64,000 nt of DNA from Felis catus (Eukaryota): assembly GCF_018350175.1 (NCBI RefSeq), contig NC_058383.1, positions 22,570,001 to 22,634,000 on the forward strand. The letters are read 5' to 3'. Made by a program: the position numbers and the translations under genes. Shown here in pieces: positions 58,473 to 64,000 of this stretch; position 1 is the stretch's first letter, and each line of letters begins with the position of its first letter. A model generated the notes under the pieces. It was not told the DNA's origin, searched no databases, and worked only from the letters and a program-made list of their open reading frames with translations.

Positions 58473-58732
58473 TTAGATGAAAACACAGTGCTCTGGATTT
58501 TTTGACCACTTAGTACTTTTTAGAGTTGTAACTGTAAAGAATATCTGGATGACATTTAAAATAACTACTTGTATTCCATTAAGGCACATTTTTTAAATTC
58601 TGAATGTAAGTGGCACTACTGATCTTGAATGTTCATTTATACTTACTTTGGGAGAAGGGATCTTAGATTGATTTTTGTAATTCTTCACATCTGCACATTT
58701 GCTTTTAAAGGTGTACATAAAGCTTCGGTATT

Positions 58733-58738
58733 AATAAA
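58733..58738 (+). terminator. PALB2: Probable PALB2 polyadenylation signal AATAAA
   Basis: First canonical hexamer, ~260 nt after the stop, followed by T-rich sequence. Confidence 0.7.
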
Positions 58739-58867
58739 TATTTATTTTGATACCTTCTGCTTGGCCTGTTACTTTTTCCCTATCCTTTTAAGATTGTTTT
58801 CTGAACAATTAGTTGTTTTGTAACTAGAATATTTAGTCAGTGATGCTTGTATAACAAGTAAATTTCA

Positions 58868-59050
58868 GGGGTGCCTGGGTGGCTCAGTCATTTAAGCATC
58901 CGACTCATGATTTCGGCTCAGATCATGATCTCACGGTTGTGAGATTGAGTCCCATTCGATGCTGGGCTTAAACTTACAAACCGTGAGATCGTGACCTGAG
59001 CCTAAATCAAGAGTTGGACATTTAACTGACTGAGCTACCCAGACGCCCCC
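58868..59050. mobile_element. Two Can-SINE 5' halves fused in inverted orientation
   Basis: Plus-strand head 58868-~58954 joined to minus-strand head ~58962-59050; no (CT)n or poly(A) between them. Confidence 0.85.
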
Positions 59051-59708
59051 AGAGTCACTTTGAATCAACACAGTGGTATGTCCTGAGCCCATCATCTTTA
59101 CCTTTGCCTGTGTGACTTTGAGAGACAGATGTTTACAGTCCCAATCTGGTGGTATCATTGGAAATTTTGTCCCATATGATAAGTATTTATTTGCTCAACA
59201 TTCTTACTGAGAGTATATATTCATGATCCATATAACCTATTTGTACTACTTTTTTTTTTAATATTTATTTTTGAGAGAGACAGAATGTGAGCAGAGAGAG
59301 GGGCAGAGAGAGAGGGAGACACAGAATCCAAAGCAGGCTCCAGGCTCTGAGCTCTCAGTACAGAGAGGCCAACGTGGGGCTCGAACTCATGAACCACAAG
59401 ATCATGATCTGAGCCAAAGTCAGACACTTAACCGAATGAGCCACCCACGTGCCCCAATTACTTCTCTTTTAAAAATACCTTTTTATGGTGTTTACTCGAA
59501 TGGTTTTTGGCAACTTCATAATTTCCCCTTGATACACTTGCATAAAAGATTTAACTTTTTTACACTCATTCTGTTCCCACTATCTCTGGCATGAATGAGA
59601 TACTTTTATTTGCTAGCACATAAAGATAATAAAGGGCTTTTCACAAAGATTTAATTTACTCAGGAATCCTGAGAAACATACTGTCTCTAAGATTTAAGAG
59701 TCAAGAAA

Positions 59709-60333
59709 ACAGTAGAGCTAGGCAGTAATTCCAGTTCGGTAATGACTGAACAAACACTGAGCACATGATGTAGTAGGCATGAAGAGTATTGCCCCTTGAT
59801 GTATTGCCTTGATGTAGCAGGCATGAAGAGTGAGGCCCCTGCCCTTCAGAGGTACACAGGCTAATGAGGGGAACTGTGACACTAAGCAATACATTAAATA
59901 CCGTGTCTTAAATTTAGAGCGCATGTTCAGAGTGCTCAGAGGGTGGGCAGTTAGCACAACACGGGGGAGTTCCAGAAATCTCCGTGGAAGATGACAAAAC
60001 ATGCTAATCTCATACTTTCTTAGCCAGTAAATTGAAATGACTCCAAACTCGGAAAATTGCCTGGATGAACAGTCCAATAATGCCTTCAATCTTCTGTCTA
60101 GTTTTCTTTAAAGTTTTTATTTTTATTTATTTTGACAGAGATAGTGGGGGAGGGGCAGAGAGAGGGAAAGAGAATCTCAAACAGGCTCCTTGAATGTCAG
60201 CACAGAGCCCCACGTAGGGCTCAAACCCACGAACCGTGAGATCATGACCTGAGCCGAAACCAAGAGTGGGACACTCAACTGACTGAGCCACCCGGGCGCC
60301 CCTCTGTTTCTTGTGTTAAATCCAAATATAGTA
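59709..60333 (-). repeat. Derived copy of a ~0.6 kb duplication: inverted and circularly permuted relative to 63336-63933
   Basis: 59709-59998 = revcomp of 63336-63594; 60002-60333 = revcomp of ~63589-63929; ORFs 59718..60089(-) and 63378..63608(+) share peptide sequence. Confidence 0.93.
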
Positions 60334-60982
60334 ACATGTAGTGCCTTTAATTTAAAATAGACTGTATAGGGGCTCAGTCGGAAGAACATGCAACTCTTGA
60401 CCTCTGGGTCCTGAGTTCCAGCCCTATGGTGGGAGTAAAGATTACTAAATAAATAAATAAACTTCAGAAAATAAGTAAATAAAAATAAAATAGACTGTGG
60501 AGTACCATCCCACTGTTGTGAAATTTGTATGTTCATTAAGATATTGAGTATCTGTTATATGCTAGTTGTTATGTGCTAGTTGCTACAGCAGTGAGCAAAC
60601 CAGGCAGTCTGTTCTCGTGGAGTTTACGTTCTAGTGGGAAGACAGAAAATAAAAATAAACATCTCCCCCCACCAACAGACAAAAAAAGCTGGGAAGCAGT
60701 GAGATAAGTACAATGAAGAACAATAAAGTAGGGGGAGGGATAGCGAGGGAGTATAGGAGGTGTGTTATCTTATTTTTACAGATATATTTGTTCGTTTAGA
60801 GAGCAAGCAGGGGAGGGGCACAGAGAGACAGAGAGAGGAACTTAATTAGGCTCCAGTCTCAGCGTGGAGCCTGACACGGCGCTCAAACCCACTACCCTGG
60901 GATCATGACCTGAGCCGAAATCAGGAGTCTGTTGCTCAACCAACTGAGCCACCCAGGCGTCCCCTGCAGATCTGTTATTTTA

Positions 60983-61114
60983 ACGTTTATTTATTTTTGG
61001 GACAGAGAGAGACAGAGCATGAACGGGGGAGGGGCAGAGAGAGAGGGAGACACAGAATCGGAAACAGGCTCCAGGCTCCGAGCCATCAGCCCAGAGCCTG
61101 ACGCGGGGCTCGAA
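60983..61114 (-). mobile_element. 5'-truncated young Can-SINE (SINEC_Fc type)
   Basis: Perfect 15-bp TSD AGATCTGTTATTTTA at 60968-60982 and 61116-61130; tRNA head missing. Confidence 0.88.
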
Positions 61115-62019
61115 TAGATCTGTTATTTTAGATAGGGTGGTCCCTGAAGGCCTTTCTTAGGAGGTGATACCTGAGCTGAGGCTTTCCAGTCTTGGGGAGG
61201 GAAAACAGAGCCTCAGGAATCATCCTGCTGCTGGTGATGCCAACCAGACTGTCCGTGGCAGTGCAGGCAGTGGTCACCAGGCTTCTCCAGCATCCTGATT
61301 CCATCGCCATCATTGCACTGCTTATTAGGCAGCCTTCTATTTCCGCAGAAAACTGGACCAGAAAATCTCATTGGAGTCTGAGGAGCAGGGCCCATTAGAT
61401 CTGCTTAAGCCACCAGTGACAGACCAGACTGATTGCTCCTTTCTGGTGACACTCCAGGACAGACCTGTGATGTGACCGTGCAGCATTAACAGAAGGGGGG
61501 GCACTCAGGAAGAGCCCCCCCTGCTAAGCCCACAATTGGAACCCTCTCTTCCCACGACCTGTCTGTATTTCTGTTACATTTCGTCCTTTTGGTCAAAAAT
61601 AATAAATCACCTCTTATTTAAATGATACACTTTAGGGGTGCCTGGGTGGTTCAGTCGGTTGGGCGTCCGACTTCAGCTCAGGTCATGATCTCGCGGTCTG
61701 CGAGTTCGAGCCCCGCGTCAGGCTCTGGGCTGATGGCTCGGAGCTTGGAGCCTGCTTCCGATTCTGTGTCTCCCTCTCTCTCTGCCCCTCCCCTGTTCAT
61801 GCTCTGTCTCTCTCTGTCTCAAAAATAAATAAACATTAATAATAATAATAATAATATAAATAAATAAATAAATAAATAAATAATACACTTTAAGAGACCT
61901 ACTTTTTCCTTCAGCAAACACCTAGAGAGAAAATGTCAGTCTCCATGGTTTGTAGGGTGAAAGGCTGAATATTAAGATTGGGATCAAATCCTCAGGAGCT
62001 GGGAAGATTTCAGAGAGGG

Positions 62020-63562
62020 CACTGGTGCTTTCCAGTAGCACCCCCATCAAAGGATGTATAAACATCAACTGTCAGCTTCCTCCATACATCACCCCCCAAC
62101 CCACCAGTTGTCCCTCCTTCCTTCAAGCCCATTTACACTATTGTCTCATCCTCTCCTGTTCCCAGGGACCTGTACTGACTGCCACTTCTCTCTTTTGCCC
62201 TATGTCTTCAACTTCCTTTCTTCTTAAGCCCATAAACATGCCAAAGTTTCTCCTAGTCTAAAAACAAGGCCAGAGGCCTCCTCCACTGACCTCTTATATA
62301 CCCCTAATATTACACTCCTTTCTTCCTAGTCAAGCTTTTTGAAAAAATAATCTACACTTTCAGCCTTTATTTATTTAAAAAAAGTTTTAATGTTTATTTT
62401 ACTTTTGGGAGAGAGAGACAGAGACAGAGACAGAGTGTGAGCGGGGGAGGGGCAGAGAGAGAGGGAGACAAAGAAGCTGAAGCAGGCTCCAGACTCCGAG
62501 CAGTCAGCACAAAGCCCCATGCGGGGCTCGAACTCAACGAGCCGAACTGTGAGATCATGACCTGAGCCAAAGTCGGACGCCTAACCGACTGAGCCAGCCG
62601 GGTGCCCCTATTTTATTTATTTTGAGAGAGAGTGCACATGAGCAGTATGCACCCTCACGAACCGTGAGATCATGACTTGAACCCAAATCAAGAGTCGGAT
62701 GCTTAACCAACTGAGCCACCCAAGTGCCCCCAAAACCCTACGTTTTCAGAATGGAGGTATTCCAGAGGTTTTCATCCCCACCTGCATCCAGCCCTAGTCT
62801 CTTCTCTGAGCTTCCCAGTCCTATGTCCAACTGACTATTACCAAATGATCTAGAAGCACTAGAATGAGCTATCTTCCCCCTTGTGTGTTCTGTTTCAACT
62901 GCTGACACCATTACCCACTAAGCCAAAAATCTGAGATTCCTTCCTCTCCTATCTAATCATGCATTCACTTAGCCCTGCTGCTTTCTTTTCCCTCCTAAAT
63001 CTCTTTCCAGTTCAGGTCTTTCATGCCCATGGCCCCTGCCACAGGTCAGGCCCTTCTGGCCACCTTCACCCCCCCACCCCTGTCCTCCATAAATCCACAG
63101 ATTCTGTTGCTAGAGTGGGACCTTATCACTCCCCTGGTCAACCCCTTCAATTGAACAGTAAAGTTCAGGTTTGCCAACATGCATCACAAGCTCCCTGGAC
63201 ACCTTTCTAGCTTCCTGACTCCATTCCCCACATAATCAATACTCTTGCCATAACGAGCTGTTTGTAGTTCATGCCAAACTGTCTTTTCTGCCTGGAATAG
63301 CCTTTGCCTCCGCCTTGATCTACTTCCCCTGCTAATTTGTCATCTTCCACGGAGCATTTCTGGAACTCCCCCGTGTTGTGCTAACTGCCCACCCTCTGAG
63401 CACTCTGAACATACGCTCTAAATTTAAGACACGGTATTTAATGTATTGCTTAATGTCACAGTCCCCCTCATTAGCCTGTGTACCTCTGAAGGGCAGGGGC
63501 CTCACAGCAATACTCTTCATGCCTACTACATCAAGTATGTGCTCAGTGTTTGTTCATTCATT
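62020..63562 (+). mobile_element. Degenerate L2 3' portion, interrupted by Can-SINEs (~62370-62730)
   Basis: L2-like motifs (CTCTTCTCTGAGCTTCCCAG, TGCCTGGAA, CTCTGAAGGGCAGGG, GTGCTCAGTGTTTGTT). Confidence 0.62.
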
Positions 63563-63933
63563 ACCGAACTGGAATTACTGCCTAGCTCTACTGTATATTA
63601 GAATTTAACAAAAGTGAAAAGAAACAAAGGGGCGCCCGGGTGGCTCAGTCAGTTGAGTGTCCCACTCTTGGTTTCGGCTCAGGTCATGATCTCACGGTTC
63701 GTGGGTTTGAGCCCTACGTGGGGCTCTGTGCTGACATTCAAGGAGCCTGTTTGAGATTCTCTCTTTCCCTGTCTCTGCCCCTCCCCCACTATCTGTCAAA
63801 ATAAATAAAAATAAAAACTTAAAAGAAAACTAGACAGAAGACTGAAGGCATTATTGGACTGTTCATCCAGGCAATTTTCCGAGTTTGGAGTCATTTCAAT
63901 TTACTGGCTAAGAAAGTATGAGATTAGCAGTTT
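63336..63933 (+). repeat. Donor copy of the ~0.6 kb duplication (L2 3' end + Can-SINE 63629-63825 + unique sequence)
   Basis: Near-identical in reverse complement to 59709-60333; L2-like sequence continues leftward across its boundary. Confidence 0.9.
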
Positions 63934-64000
63934 AAATTTCTCCCACTTACTCCATTTTTGTGAACTATTAAGTTTTAAAAGTTGTATATTGTTTTCTTGT

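Noticed and set aside
59718..63608. Two similar ORFs (123 aa and 76 aa) suggesting a small gene family
   Set aside because: The similarity comes from the DNA duplication of L2-derived sequence; no coding evidence.

Overview
Mammalian genomic DNA, almost certainly from a felid (cat-like), judging by dense Can-SINEs that include young SINEC_Fc-type copies. The window holds two complete genes arranged head-to-head around a CpG-island bidirectional promoter, with 384 bp between the start codons. DCTN5 (dynactin p25) is on the minus strand: 6 coding exons, 31211->13506, 182 aa. PALB2 is on the plus strand: 13 coding exons, 31596->58472, 1175 aa (1181 aa with an alternative exon 4 donor), with a GC-AG intron 12. 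I read exon boundaries and frames by hand. Most of the remainder is transposon-derived (Can-SINE, L1, L2, MIR, MLT/MER21 LTRs, MER/Tigger DNA transposons), and most short ORFs in the track are SINE artefacts. I found no new protein-coding system. The most striking unexplained structure lies downstream of PALB2: a recent ~0.6 kb duplication (59709-60333) that is an inverted and circularly permuted copy of 63336-63933, with microhomology at its junctions. This is the expected footprint of a small circular DNA intermediate reintegrating 3 kb from its source. Also noted: a 30-nt U6 retrocopy in a SINE tail, two in-frame exon 4 donors in PALB2, a shortened PALB2 C-terminus, a fused SINE palindrome after the PALB2 poly(A) site, and multi-level nested insertions. 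Repeat family names and human comparisons are from memory, and repeat boundaries are approximate.
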